Shown here: in pieces, positions 19,002 through 27,766 of the stretch
Layout of the letters: every line of letters begins with the position of its first letter
Position numbering within the stretch: position 1 is the stretch's first letter
Virus record (IMG/VR): IMGVR_UViG_3300027741_000002
Span: 65,507 to 129,506 of that record
Reading direction: 5' to 3' (one strand)
From: a virus
Length of the DNA: 64,000 nucleotides
Program-made: the position numbers and the translations under genes
Notes under the pieces: generated by a model
What the model saw: only the letters and a program-made list of their open reading frames with translations
Told to the model about the DNA's origin: nothing
Database searches by the model: none

Positions 19002-19919
19002 TCAGGTTTGGTAGAACTTTAGTTCGAAATTGGTAAGAGTTCGGTAGGCGTTTTGTAGGGACGCGTTGACCTTGCCCATGACCGTATCTAGGGTAGAACA
19101 ATCAGATAGGCTTTGAGCCAGTCTGGTGGCCACAAGTACGGTAGCATTCGAGGTACCTAGGGTAACTGTCGTGTTTCCCTGGACGTCGGTTGTGGCGGCC
19201 CTTCCAAGGGCATACAGGTCAAGGTCTGGCCCGGAGTTAGAGATCAACATGATTGGGTAGACCCAACCGGTGACTTCCTTCATGGAGTACGGGGTATCCG
19301 TTGCTCCTACGGCGATTGCCTGAGGGATACATGCCGGATAGTTAACTTTCTTTTGGTCAGAGTTGTTGCCTGAAGAAATAACCGTTGGGATATTCTTTGC
19401 AGCAAGCTGAACGATAAGTGGTTGAAGCTTTGGATCCGACGATACAGGACACGCTGCTTCCTTGTAGACACGACCGATTGATACGGATACCGCGCCGACA
19501 TTGAGTCTGTCAGCGTTTGCCGCAACCCAATCAAGTGCAAGTGTGACAGCTTTAGTTGTATAAGTAGTTGCGTATCCTTTAGCGCTCATGCCGACGATGC
19601 GGATGAACACGATCTTTACATTTGGATTAGCAGCTACCGCAACCGAAGCCATCTGCGTTCCGTGGCTCATGGCCTTGTCGACTACGAGCTTTGGGTCTAA
19701 AGATGCAGCTCCGGGACCGACCATACTTGGTAGCATGTTTGGGCAGTTGCCGAACTCGATGAAGCAAGCTTCCTCAACTACCGCGGCCTTAGCCCAAGGT
19801 AGTTGCGTGTTGATACCGGAGTCGATGATGACAAGAGTTTTGTCTCCTGCCGCATGCGCCGGTGTTATTAGCAATGACAGACCTAAGGCTGCCGCAATCA
19901 GTAGTACTTTTGTTTTCAT
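19002..19919 (-). CDS. Exported subtilisin-like (S8) serine protease
   Basis: Signal peptide ending AHA; triad motifs VIIDSG, SHGTQMASVA, GTSNAT; oxyanion motif SSGN. Confidence 0.88.
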   Translation of the reverse strand: MKTKVLLIAAALGLSLLITPAHAAGDKTLVIIDSGINTQLPWAKAAVVEEACFIEFGNCPNMLPSMVGPGAASLDPKLVVDKAMSHGTQMASVAVAANPNVKIVFIRIVGMSAKGYATTYTTKAVTLALDWVAANADRLNVGAVSVSIGRVYKEAACPVSSDPKLQPLIVQLAAKNIPTVISSGNNSDQKKVNYPACIPQAIAVGATDTPYSMKEVTGWVYPIMLISNSGPDLDLYALGRAATTDVQGNTTVTLGTSNATVLVATRLAQSLSDCSTLDTVMGKVNASLQNAYRTLTNFELKFYQT

Positions 19920-20012
19920 CTTTTTCTCTTTTCGTCTTTGTTAGTTGGTTGGTTAAAAATAACCGATGCAGGTAGAGTAATCTGACGGAAGGTCTACCCA
20001 CACCGGAGCTTG

Positions 20013-21809
20013 TTACGCAGCATTACGTGCGCCAATCTTTGTTAGAGCGTCTGCCGCAGCTTTTCCGATTTGGAGTGCAGCGTCTGCTGGGTCTTTCACA
20101 TCTTGTAATAGGGCAACTGATGTTCCCTTAACTATGCTACGGACATATTCTAGTTGATATTCTTGTGTGAAAGGAAGCCACATGATTGCGACCCCTGACT
20201 TCTCACATTCGCGAACCCACTTCTTAGCATTCTCTATCTCATCTGGTGTATAGCAACCATCGCTAACAACCACGAGTAGACGAGCGCCAGTTCCATTGAG
20301 AAGATTTAGAGAACCATCGAGTGCCTTGAACGCCTTATCGAACTTTTCAGTTGCATCAGGAGCTGTATAGACATTTACCTCAGGAAGATGCTGCCCTGGC
20401 TTTAGAGTAGGGAATACACCTGAACCATAGTAGACCATTGCGCAACGTCCTTGAACGCGTCGCACTGCCTCGGACATTGCCCAGGCGGTAACTGCCATTG
20501 GCTGCATTGCGTCTGCCATTGAACCAGAGATGTCAACCATAACTCCAACGTTAAGTGTTGGGTCATCAGTATGCTTACGCACTGTACGCTTCCATGGCTC
20601 TGCATGCATCATTGAACCACGAGCTTTGTACGCAGCTTCTTGAACCATCGCACGAGAACGTAGACGCCCTGGAGGAAGAATCGAAGTTACTTCCTTTTCA
20701 TCGCGCTCACGATACTTTGCACGCTCAAGCATGTTTGCGATTTTCACCGCAGCCGCACGCTCTGGACCAGATGGTGCACGAGTCTCCTTGATGCGTGAGT
20801 AGCTACCAGAGCTTCCTAGCTCAGCAGTAGACTTGTTGAAGACTTCATCTGAAATCTTTTCATGATCTCTTTGTTGTTTTGCGGCCTTGCCACGAAGATC
20901 AACAACGTCATTCCAGTCTTCCTTCTGCTCTTGTTCCTGGGCTTCGTCGCCAATTGCAATTGCAATATCTTCCGCTGCTTCTTCAAGGGCTTCAATAATC
21001 TCTGCGATGATACCTGCCATAGCAGCAGTGACAGGATTGTCTTCCTCTTCATCACTGTTCTCTTTAGAAACTTCAGAGATAAGCTTTTCCCATTCGCGGG
21101 CAAGTTCGTAAAGTGGCAGAGCGTTTGTGTGCCCTTCATACTTTTGGAATCGAAGCCAGATGTCACGAAGTTGTGAATAGCGAGTATCACCAAAGTACTC
21201 AGCGACAAGCTCTTGAACGTCTAGAGCATCTTCGTTATCTAGTGAACCTGCATCAACACGAGCACATACGAGAGCAGCTAACTGCGCCATAGCACGAGTA
21301 GTGGTGCTCTTCTCTAGATATTCACGAACGTCATCAAGGATGATGTCCATCGCGCACGCGCGAAGGAACACTCGGTTAGCTGGGAAGTTTTCTATACCGA
21401 AAGCTTCAATGCGAGTCTCCTCAAGAATAGTAAGTGCCTGAAGTTCATTCTTTGAAAGATCCTCGTGGGCTTTGAATAAATCGTAGCGAGAGTAACGAGC
21501 GTGTAGTGCCTCATGAAAGATCGCACCGGATGCTCGTGGATAATCGAATTGTGTTCCGCGCTCGCGGACGTCTCCTATATTCTCAGGAGTTACTGTTGGA
21601 CCGAAGGCAACAGAGACGTTTACCTCGACCTCAGCCATTGGTGGGTTGAAGCAGGCTGGTGCAGATTGCCCAGCGCCTGGGCCAACGTAGGCAACGATGT
21701 CTGAGCGTCCTGCCCAGGTGTTGACTAGCTCGCCGAGTTGAGCTCCGACCTTTAGCCATTCCGGCGGAGTCTGTTCCGCGCGGGTTTTAGAAACCTTTAT
21801 ATGTGCCAT
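20013..21809 (-). CDS. vWA-domain protein with N-terminal HExxH (CobT-like)
   Basis: FHEALH..LEETRIE; MIDAS motif VDISGSM; LVVVSDG. Confidence 0.88.
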   Translation of the reverse strand: MAHIKVSKTRAEQTPPEWLKVGAQLGELVNTWAGRSDIVAYVGPGAGQSAPACFNPPMAEVEVNVSVAFGPTVTPENIGDVRERGTQFDYPRASGAIFHEALHARYSRYDLFKAHEDLSKNELQALTILEETRIEAFGIENFPANRVFLRACAMDIILDDVREYLEKSTTTRAMAQLAALVCARVDAGSLDNEDALDVQELVAEYFGDTRYSQLRDIWLRFQKYEGHTNALPLYELAREWEKLISEVSKENSDEEEDNPVTAAMAGIIAEIIEALEEAAEDIAIAIGDEAQEQEQKEDWNDVVDLRGKAAKQQRDHEKISDEVFNKSTAELGSSGSYSRIKETRAPSGPERAAAVKIANMLERAKYRERDEKEVTSILPPGRLRSRAMVQEAAYKARGSMMHAEPWKRTVRKHTDDPTLNVGVMVDISGSMADAMQPMAVTAWAMSEAVRRVQGRCAMVYYGSGVFPTLKPGQHLPEVNVYTAPDATEKFDKAFKALDGSLNLLNGTGARLLVVVSDGCYTPDEIENAKKWVRECEKSGVAIMWLPFTQEYQLEYVRSIVKGTSVALLQDVKDPADAALQIGKAAADALTKIGARNAA

Positions 21810-21905
21810 GATTTTCCTTCCGTCATTTTGTTAGTACTATTATATCAGGTAAAGAAGGTCCCAGGCACCCATACCCAGGACCTTCCTTTACTGCGCCAAG
21901 GGGAA

Positions 21906-22898
21906 TTAAATCTTGGCTGGTCGGCACTCTTCGCCGTACACCCTAGTGAGCACGTCCGCAACGACGGGGCGGTCGAGCTCAGGCGCACAGGCAATCAGGT
22001 TCGCGATAGCGAACTTAGTGCCGAACGATTTTGAGATGTCGCGGAATGCGAGCAACTCACGCATTTGTGGACACCAACCACATTCACCAGATGCCTGGCG
22101 ACGATTGATGTTTTGTGCAACTGTAACGATCTGTGCAGAGGCGCCAAGCTTTTTAGCAAGACCCCAGTCTGTAGTCATCTCAGATTGCACAACGAATCGA
22201 GATAGAAGAGCTTCGGATAAGCGAACTCCAGGAGCGTTTGGGTTAGTAGCAGCGATGACATAGAACCCATCTTTTGCTTTTACAGTTCCACGCTCTGGGT
22301 TTGCAGTAATTGTTAGTTCCTTACGTCCATCCATAAGTCCGTAGACTCCTGAAAGAACCTTAGGATCAATCAAGCCAACTTCGTCGATGAGCAATGGCAC
22401 ACCTTCTTCGGCAGCTTTTACAAGCGGACCGTCTTCCCACATGAATCCACCGGTTGGAGTTTGTACGTATCCACCAATGAAGTCAGCGAGTTCAGTGTCA
22501 CCTGTACCCATGATTGTGTATAGCTTTTCATAGGCAGCTTCAACGAGTGCGGTTTTGCCGCAACCTGGAGCTCCGTAGAGAAGAATAAACTGTTGATCCA
22601 TACGCGCCTTGCGAAGAACCATGACGTCATCATGCTCTCCCCACTTACGTGCATGGTACTGCTCGCCATTTGGACGAGTGTAGACTGAATCGCCTACGAG
22701 TGCATCTGCTGATACCACAGGGACTACCTTTGCTTTGGGTGTTGGTCGTGCGTTTACTTTACCCTGAGCGAGAACTAGTGAGTCGAGAGTTGCAGAAGAC
22801 TCTGGGTGAGTTGTCTGCATAAGTGATGTAAGAAGTGTAGAGCCTAGGTTAGCTCCGGGTGCGAATGTTTCAATCGCGTCCATAATTGCTGTAGACAT
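21906..22898 (-). CDS. MoxR/CbbQ/CobS-like AAA+ ATPase
   Basis: GAPGCGKT, LLIDE, VIAATNP, LSEALLSRF. Confidence 0.92.
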   Translation of the reverse strand: MSTAIMDAIETFAPGANLGSTLLTSLMQTTHPESSATLDSLVLAQGKVNARPTPKAKVVPVVSADALVGDSVYTRPNGEQYHARKWGEHDDVMVLRKARMDQQFILLYGAPGCGKTALVEAAYEKLYTIMGTGDTELADFIGGYVQTPTGGFMWEDGPLVKAAEEGVPLLIDEVGLIDPKVLSGVYGLMDGRKELTITANPERGTVKAKDGFYVIAATNPNAPGVRLSEALLSRFVVQSEMTTDWGLAKKLGASAQIVTVAQNINRRQASGECGWCPQMRELLAFRDISKSFGTKFAIANLIACAPELDRPVVADVLTRVYGEECRPAKI

Positions 22899-22930
22899 TT
22901 GTGTATCCTTTCGTCGTTTGGGTGGGTGGG

Positions 22931-23389
22931 TTACTCTACGATTAACTCGCCGAACCCAAGGGTGCGTCGAACTCTCGTAATGCGACCTAAAATTTTGTAA
23001 GGAGTCTTTGAGAGTCTAATAGACTCTAGATCTTCCTGGGCAACTTCTACAATGATGGGGCTCTTGTATAGTCTATAACTGTATGAGTTAAGTTGAGACA
23101 GCGTAGTCGCCATATAGTTTAAGCGCAACTCTGCTCCTTGGACCGCATCATCGTTTGACTGAGTCTCGTAGGCTCCGAACGAGTTGATGGGTAGTGCCGG
23201 TAGACTGTAGGTCTTCCATGCACGGCGTGGCTTTTGCTTTGAGATTTGGCGGCGGTACAATGTTGAAGGTACTGCGCGACCATTTGAGGAGATGCCATCT
23301 GGGGTAAGAAGCATCTGATAGGTTTGATTGGTTGGAGTGCGAAGCTCTAAGTAGAGAGCTTTTCCAATCACCTTATCCTTGTCTGCCAT
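22931..23389 (-). CDS. Hypothetical protein
   Basis: Own promoter and RBS motif. Confidence 0.7.
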   Translation of the reverse strand: MADKDKVIGKALYLELRTPTNQTYQMLLTPDGISSNGRAVPSTLYRRQISKQKPRRAWKTYSLPALPINSFGAYETQSNDDAVQGAELRLNYMATTLSQLNSYSYRLYKSPIIVEVAQEDLESIRLSKTPYKILGRITRVRRTLGFGELIVE

Positions 23390-23443
23390 TTTCTGTCCTT
23401 TCGTCGTTTTGGGTGGTTATAGTACTATTATATCAGGTAGATG

Positions 23444-23674
23444 TTAAACTGAACAATCGCAATTGCCACAACTACAGTGAGGCTCGCCAGGTTTGGCTTC
23501 GCACACGTCACAACCTTCATGGAGAGGGTAGAGATAGTTTCCAAGGTCGATGCCCATTCCAGTGCGGATGATTACCTCATCGCCATCAAGCAAGACAGTA
23601 GAACCAGTGAGGCGTTCCTCGATATACTCGCGAAGATGTTCTAATGTTTGTATGTCTGAAAGTTGTATTTTCAT
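23444..23674 (-). CDS. Hypothetical protein with Cys-rich tail
   Basis: CDVC..HCSCGNCDC; start reassigned to MKIQ behind the RBS motif at 23682. Confidence 0.65.
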   Translation of the reverse strand: MKIQLSDIQTLEHLREYIEERLTGSTVLLDGDEVIIRTGMGIDLGNYLYPLHEGCDVCEAKPGEPHCSCGNCDCSV

Positions 23675-23714
23675 TTTATTTCCTTCCGTCATTTATTGTT
23701 ATAAGTTAATTATA

Positions 23715-24116
23715 TCAGGTTGACTCCACTGTAGAGGAATAAAGCTCTGCAAATAGCTCGCGAACATAAACCTTTGGGAGCTCAAGCGCCGCACGAGGAA
23801 TTTCCTTTGAGATATACACCCAGCTCGTTGCGTTATTAAAGAATGCCGCACTGTGGTCGGTACCTGGTTCCCAGAGTCCTACGTCAGTCTTAGAGGTCTT
23901 GATTTCCCAGACATGAATCGAATCATGCGCCTCAACGCCGAAAGATTCAGGAGTCCTGTGGACATGGTCAAGCAGGCGGAACCACATAAACTGAAGAGCG
24001 TCGCCTGGAGTCTCGGCCGCATAGATCTCACCAAAAGCAGACTTGAGCCCGTCAGCGTTAATGCTACCTAGTGCGCACTCGGGCGCTGCATGATAGAGCT
24101 TCTTTGGAACTGTCAT
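23715..24116 (-). CDS. ADP-ribosyltransferase-fold (Tpt1/DUF952-like) protein, tentative
   Basis: KLYHAA..SINADGLK..EIYAA..KEIPRAAL pattern. Confidence 0.5.
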   Translation of the reverse strand: MTVPKKLYHAAPECALGSINADGLKSAFGEIYAAETPGDALQFMWFRLLDHVHRTPESFGVEAHDSIHVWEIKTSKTDVGLWEPGTDHSAAFFNNATSWVYISKEIPRAALELPKVYVRELFAELYSSTVEST

Positions 24117-24303
24117 TGCGCATCCTTCCGTCATTAAAATTAGTAACGATGAAGGCGCCGTATTGTTTCGGACCCCTGCAGGTTTCGAGTCTTTAGTTTG
24201 GCCAGCGGCCGCCCCTTCATCGTTATGAGTTAATTATATCAGGTACATAATTAAAAGTAAAATAGGAAACCCCTGGCTGTTAGGCCAGGGGCTTCGTTAA
24301 CTC

Positions 24304-24648
24304 TTAGAGAGTTTTAATGAATGTGTAGGGTGTCTTTACCAGGGTTGCCTCAAAGGCTTCTGGGAAAAGTTCCTGTAGGACCTTGCGGTCGATTTTGGAA
24401 TTGGTTGAGTGTGCAAGCTTGAATCGCTCTACCCCACCAATGACTGCGGTATCCGCGTCACCTAAAAGTTCGCGTAGCAGTAACTCTGCTTCAGCTTTCT
24501 TTTCTTCGTACGCCTTAATCGCATCCTTTGCGAATGTGAATGCTGCCAATGCTTTTTCGGCTGCTGCAGCTTTTGATGTTAGGTCTACCTTGTTGGTAAC
24601 CTTTGTTACTGTAGAGACTTTAGTCTCTGTGATTACGGTGCTAACCAT
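24304..24648 (-). CDS. Hypothetical protein resembling the C-terminal region of YqaJ-type proteins
   Basis: LRELLGDADTAVIGG..IDRKVLQELFPEAF; followed by a terminator-like hairpin near 24266-24295. Confidence 0.6.
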   Translation of the reverse strand: MVSTVITETKVSTVTKVTNKVDLTSKAAAAEKALAAFTFAKDAIKAYEEKKAEAELLLRELLGDADTAVIGGVERFKLAHSTNSKIDRKVLQELFPEAFEATLVKTPYTFIKTL

Positions 24649-24718
24649 GTGGTTACTTCCCTTTCGTCATTTTGTCGTTGGCGCCAGGTTTCCGGCGTTG
24701 GCACTATTATATCAGGTT

Positions 24719-24943
24719 CTACTCTGTAAGTAACACACCACCGGCGCATGAATCGCAAACAATCCAGGAGTCGTTCTCAGCCTCAACGATGACACAGGAG
24801 ACAAAGCGGCTGTTCACGAAGCCAATGGCTACGTCACAGTTCTCGCAGGCGAGGTCGTCTGCGTCAAAGTCCATGAGATCAAGAGACTCGGCTCTGTGAG
24901 CCTGGTCAGTATTCTCAACTACATATAAGTGTACGTTCACCAT
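24719..24943 (-). CDS. Small zinc-finger protein
   Basis: CENC..CDSC. Confidence 0.6.
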   Translation of the reverse strand: MVNVHLYVVENTDQAHRAESLDLMDFDADDLACENCDVAIGFVNSRFVSCVIVEAENDSWIVCDSCAGGVLLTE

Positions 24944-24964
24944 GGGGTGAACAATAAACGGATA

Positions 24965-25624
24965 TTAGAGAGCTGACTTAAAAAGCTCCTGAAGTTTGTC
25001 GAGCTTGGCGTTGGCCGCATCCAGCTGTGACTGGATCTCGGCGGTACGCTCCGCAACCATCTTCTCGATGAGGTAATCGACTACCGCATTTGAGTTCGTT
25101 GGCACCGGTGTCACGTCGACAAGCTCGACCTCAGTAAACCGACGCTTAGATTTAGACGCAGCCTTTGTTGAGTACTTATATACCCTACGAGCTATGACTC
25201 CTGTTTGAGAGTAAAGTCTCAGCCCTGGTACTGCTTCAGCAACCGTACGAGCTGGAACCACGCCCGCAGGAGCCCAGTAGAGAGTAGCAAGAATATTAGG
25301 AGCTCGCCCGCCATCAGCGCGAACACCTTGTTCGTGCTTAGTCTCTTTTCGAGATGAGACTAGGTTTCCGGAGATGAGAGCCTTAACTTCGGTGCGAACC
25401 TGCATTTCGCCATATGGTCGATTTGCAATGCGCGATGCCGCCTCTGCGATTTCAATAATACTTAAAGGCTGCGATGATTCAGTTAACGCCTGCAGGATTG
25501 ATTTACGGGCGCTGCTTAATACGGGAGTGTATGTATTGATGGGAGTGTCCTTTTTGTCGTTTGAATTTAGTGAATTTAGATTTACAGGAGTTGTAAATCT
25601 AGCCAGGTGTTTTAACTGTGGCAT
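24965..25624 (-). CDS. Winged-helix-like protein with C-terminal coiled coil
   Basis: RKSILQALTESSQPLSIIEIAEA..VRTEVKALISGNLV. Confidence 0.6.
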   Translation of the reverse strand: MPQLKHLARFTTPVNLNSLNSNDKKDTPINTYTPVLSSARKSILQALTESSQPLSIIEIAEAASRIANRPYGEMQVRTEVKALISGNLVSSRKETKHEQGVRADGGRAPNILATLYWAPAGVVPARTVAEAVPGLRLYSQTGVIARRVYKYSTKAASKSKRRFTEVELVDVTPVPTNSNAVVDYLIEKMVAERTAEIQSQLDAANAKLDKLQELFKSAL

Positions 25625-25810
25625 CTAATAATTCCTTTCGTCATTTTTTCCTACAACTTAATTATATCAAGATAAGTGCAAAATGGACCACAGGCTGGGC
25701 CGATTATTTTTTGAGCTCCACTTCTTTTACTTTACTAAGAAGCAAGCTAGCTAGAGCCGAGCTGGAGCCGAGCTGTACTGAGTGAGAGTCCTACCAAGAA
25801 GTGGGATGCC

Positions 25811-26563
25811 CTAGGCATCAAGCTGGAAGACGCCGGTGATCTCACCAAGAAGTCTTAAGCTACGCTCGTCGGCGATTCCTGTCGCCCTGTCGTTTGCGTA
25901 CCCGATCTGGCGCTGCCATCTGGCATATGCGTGCTTGGTCAACCCGTCATACATATCCGGCGTAAATCGTCCCAGGCCTCCTGTCACTTTTGAGAGCGCA
26001 AGCTGGACAAGCCCGATTGACTGGTTACGTCGCCCTGGGCGGATGCTGGATAGCTGCAAGCCTGCCCGCTGGCCCGTTGGGGCTTTTTTACTCACAGGCC
26101 GGTAATTTGGTTTTCCAAAACCGATGATCTCATGTTTAGACCTGACACGCCGGTACACACCCATTACGTGAACGTCAGCCTTAGGCAGGCCGCTGTTTAT
26201 CTGGCCCTCGATTGTTCCGACGAGCCCGTCCGTGTTCCAACGGCTAACGTCAGCTACCAGGCCTACATGTGAAACGCCAAATGTCTCGCCCGTTGGGAAT
26301 ACGAAGAACACAACGTCGCCAAGCCGCGGTCTTTGCTTCAACCGTCCTTGCTTGTTAAACTCCGCCATGCCGCTGGGTGGATAAACGCAGCTAGGTATGG
26401 TCACGCCCGCCTCATGGAAGACAAGGTCAATGAACGCGCCTGCCCACAACGTCCCGTCATATCCGGAACGTTCTCCAAAGGGAGTCCGTCCGTTAGGGTT
26501 GGCGGTAAAGCCTAGCCAGGCCTCAGCTTGAGTTATTACATTACTTGGCGGTAAGGATTTCAA
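25811..26563 (-). CDS. CHAP-like domain (catalytic Cys replaced by Ala) + PG-binding-like domain
   Basis: LWAGAFID, PRLGDVVFF, SHVGLV, TIEGQ, IIGFGKP. Confidence 0.78.
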   Translation of the reverse strand: MKSLPPSNVITQAEAWLGFTANPNGRTPFGERSGYDGTLWAGAFIDLVFHEAGVTIPSCVYPPSGMAEFNKQGRLKQRPRLGDVVFFVFPTGETFGVSHVGLVADVSRWNTDGLVGTIEGQINSGLPKADVHVMGVYRRVRSKHEIIGFGKPNYRPVSKKAPTGQRAGLQLSSIRPGRRNQSIGLVQLALSKVTGGLGRFTPDMYDGLTKHAYARWQRQIGYANDRATGIADERSLRLLGEITGVFQLDA

Positions 26564-26726
26564 GATGTAGACTCTCCAAGTGCGTTACTAAGTTCTCTGC
26601 CTCGTTGGTGCGAGCCGTCAAGCGTACGTGTTCCTCGCGGGTTGCCGCCAGCTCCAGGTCGCTCATCATGCAGGCCGCGTGTTCGCGCGCAAAGTGTAAG
26701 ATATCCTCTAGTGCCGTCAAGTTCAT
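26541..26726 (-). CDS. Hypothetical protein
   Basis: ATGA-coupled to 26723..27664. Confidence 0.55.
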   Translation of the reverse strand: MNLTALEDILHFAREHAACMMSDLELAATREEHVRLTARTNEAENLVTHLESLHLEILTAK

Positions 26727-27664
26727 TCGTTGGGTTCCGCATCCGTTGTATCCTCTTTGTCCTGGCCGTCGTTTGTTTGGGGAATTTCCTCTGCGTCGTG
26801 TACGTCTACGCCTGCCGTCGCAAGCTGGGCCGCCGTGTTAATGGCGCCAGATGCTAAACGCCCAAGCCGCTCTGAAATAATATCTGCCGCGGACCTGCCG
26901 TCCGTGACGTTGATGTTACCGTCTAACTCTATACCGCCTCTTACTCCCGCGCGATCTAAAATCTCCGTAGATGCTTTTAATCTTACCGGCTCTGAAACCG
27001 CGGAGTTCATGAGATCCTCTAGAACGTCTACCGCATAGGGAGCAGCCTGAACTAATTTCTTGCGTGCCCGCTCTATGTCGTCGCTTGGATTCTTCTTGAC
27101 ATGCCGTAGGTGAACACGGCATAGTCCATCGTCCTTGAGACGCCCGCTGCTCCAAAGCATGCAGCGGATTGCGTCGTCCTTGACCTGCCGGCACCGATGA
27201 GGGAGAGCGGTCGGCTTACGCTTCTCGGTGGCAATCGGGTTGTCCTGCTCGTTAATCCACATCCGTGTCGCGCCGATAACCCAGGGAGGAACTATGTGAT
27301 CGGACGCCGATTCCGCAACTAGATCCAGGCCGGTTAGATAATCGCTGTTCATGTTCTTAGGATCTACCAGGATCGGACGTTTCTCAGCTAGTGAAAGAAT
27401 CCGGCGTTGTGTGACCATGTCCTTTGACCGCGCCTGGATGAGACCGGTCGGAACACCGTTCGTGGCGTAGACCGTATCCCAGCCCATCTGTGAGGAGCGC
27501 AGGATGCTGCGGTTTTCGTACGTGTCCTCGCACACGCCGCGGGAATGTTCTAGGATGCCCAAGGCTCCAAGATCCGGTCGGATGTTCGTAGGATCTTCAA
27601 TGATGGGGGTTGCATCATTGTCATCGTCCTCATCGGAGACCGGAAAGAGATTCGCTGTCGTCAT
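26723..27664 (-). CDS. Putative terminase small subunit-like protein
   Basis: RC..RC..LCRVH zinc motif followed by APYAVDVLEDLM..EPVRLKASTEILDRAG, a pattern seen in actinophage TerS candidates. Confidence 0.55.
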   Translation of the reverse strand: MTTANLFPVSDEDDDNDATPIIEDPTNIRPDLGALGILEHSRGVCEDTYENRSILRSSQMGWDTVYATNGVPTGLIQARSKDMVTQRRILSLAEKRPILVDPKNMNSDYLTGLDLVAESASDHIVPPWVIGATRMWINEQDNPIATEKRKPTALPHRCRQVKDDAIRCMLWSSGRLKDDGLCRVHLRHVKKNPSDDIERARKKLVQAAPYAVDVLEDLMNSAVSEPVRLKASTEILDRAGVRGGIELDGNINVTDGRSAADIISERLGRLASGAINTAAQLATAGVDVHDAEEIPQTNDGQDKEDTTDAEPNE

Positions 27665-27766
27665 TGTTCAATTGTACATACGTCTTAAAAAGGAGACAGA
27701 CTCCGCGACCTGGGGAGAGGGCTAATCACGGAGTCTGCCTCGTTCTTTTTTGGAGTTAGAAGTTAG

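Larger units (their letters stand above)
8029..25642 (-). promoter_or_regulatory. Repeated start-associated/RBS motif GACGRAAGG (18 copies)
   Basis: Plus-strand CCTTYCGTC at 8029, 9641, 13609, 14441, 15933, 16254, 16786, 17024, 18128, 18487, 18908, 21816, 22907, 23397, 23682, 24124, 24660, 25634. Each lies a few nt upstream of a minus-strand start codon. Confidence 0.88.
9667..25671 (-). promoter_or_regulatory. Dispersed repeated extended -10 promoter CCTGATATAAT (13 exact copies plus variants)
   Basis: Plus-strand ATTATATCAGG at 12598, 13632, 14485, 16804, 17045, 17361, 18151, 18996, 21839, 23427, 23709, 24233, 24706. Variants at 9667, 15954, 16275, 18510, 25661 and 46375. Reads TGnTATAAT on the minus strand. 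Confidence 0.88.

Noticed and set aside
24144-24225. Hammerhead ribozyme or tRNA-like fold in the hairpin leader
   Set aside because: CTAAAGA does not match the CTGANGA core, and no cloverleaf can be drawn.
12590-25680. Repeated motif as a CRISPR array or integron attC sites
   Set aside because: The repeats are short, irregularly spaced by whole genes, non-palindromic and match a promoter consensus. No cas gene or integron integrase is visible.
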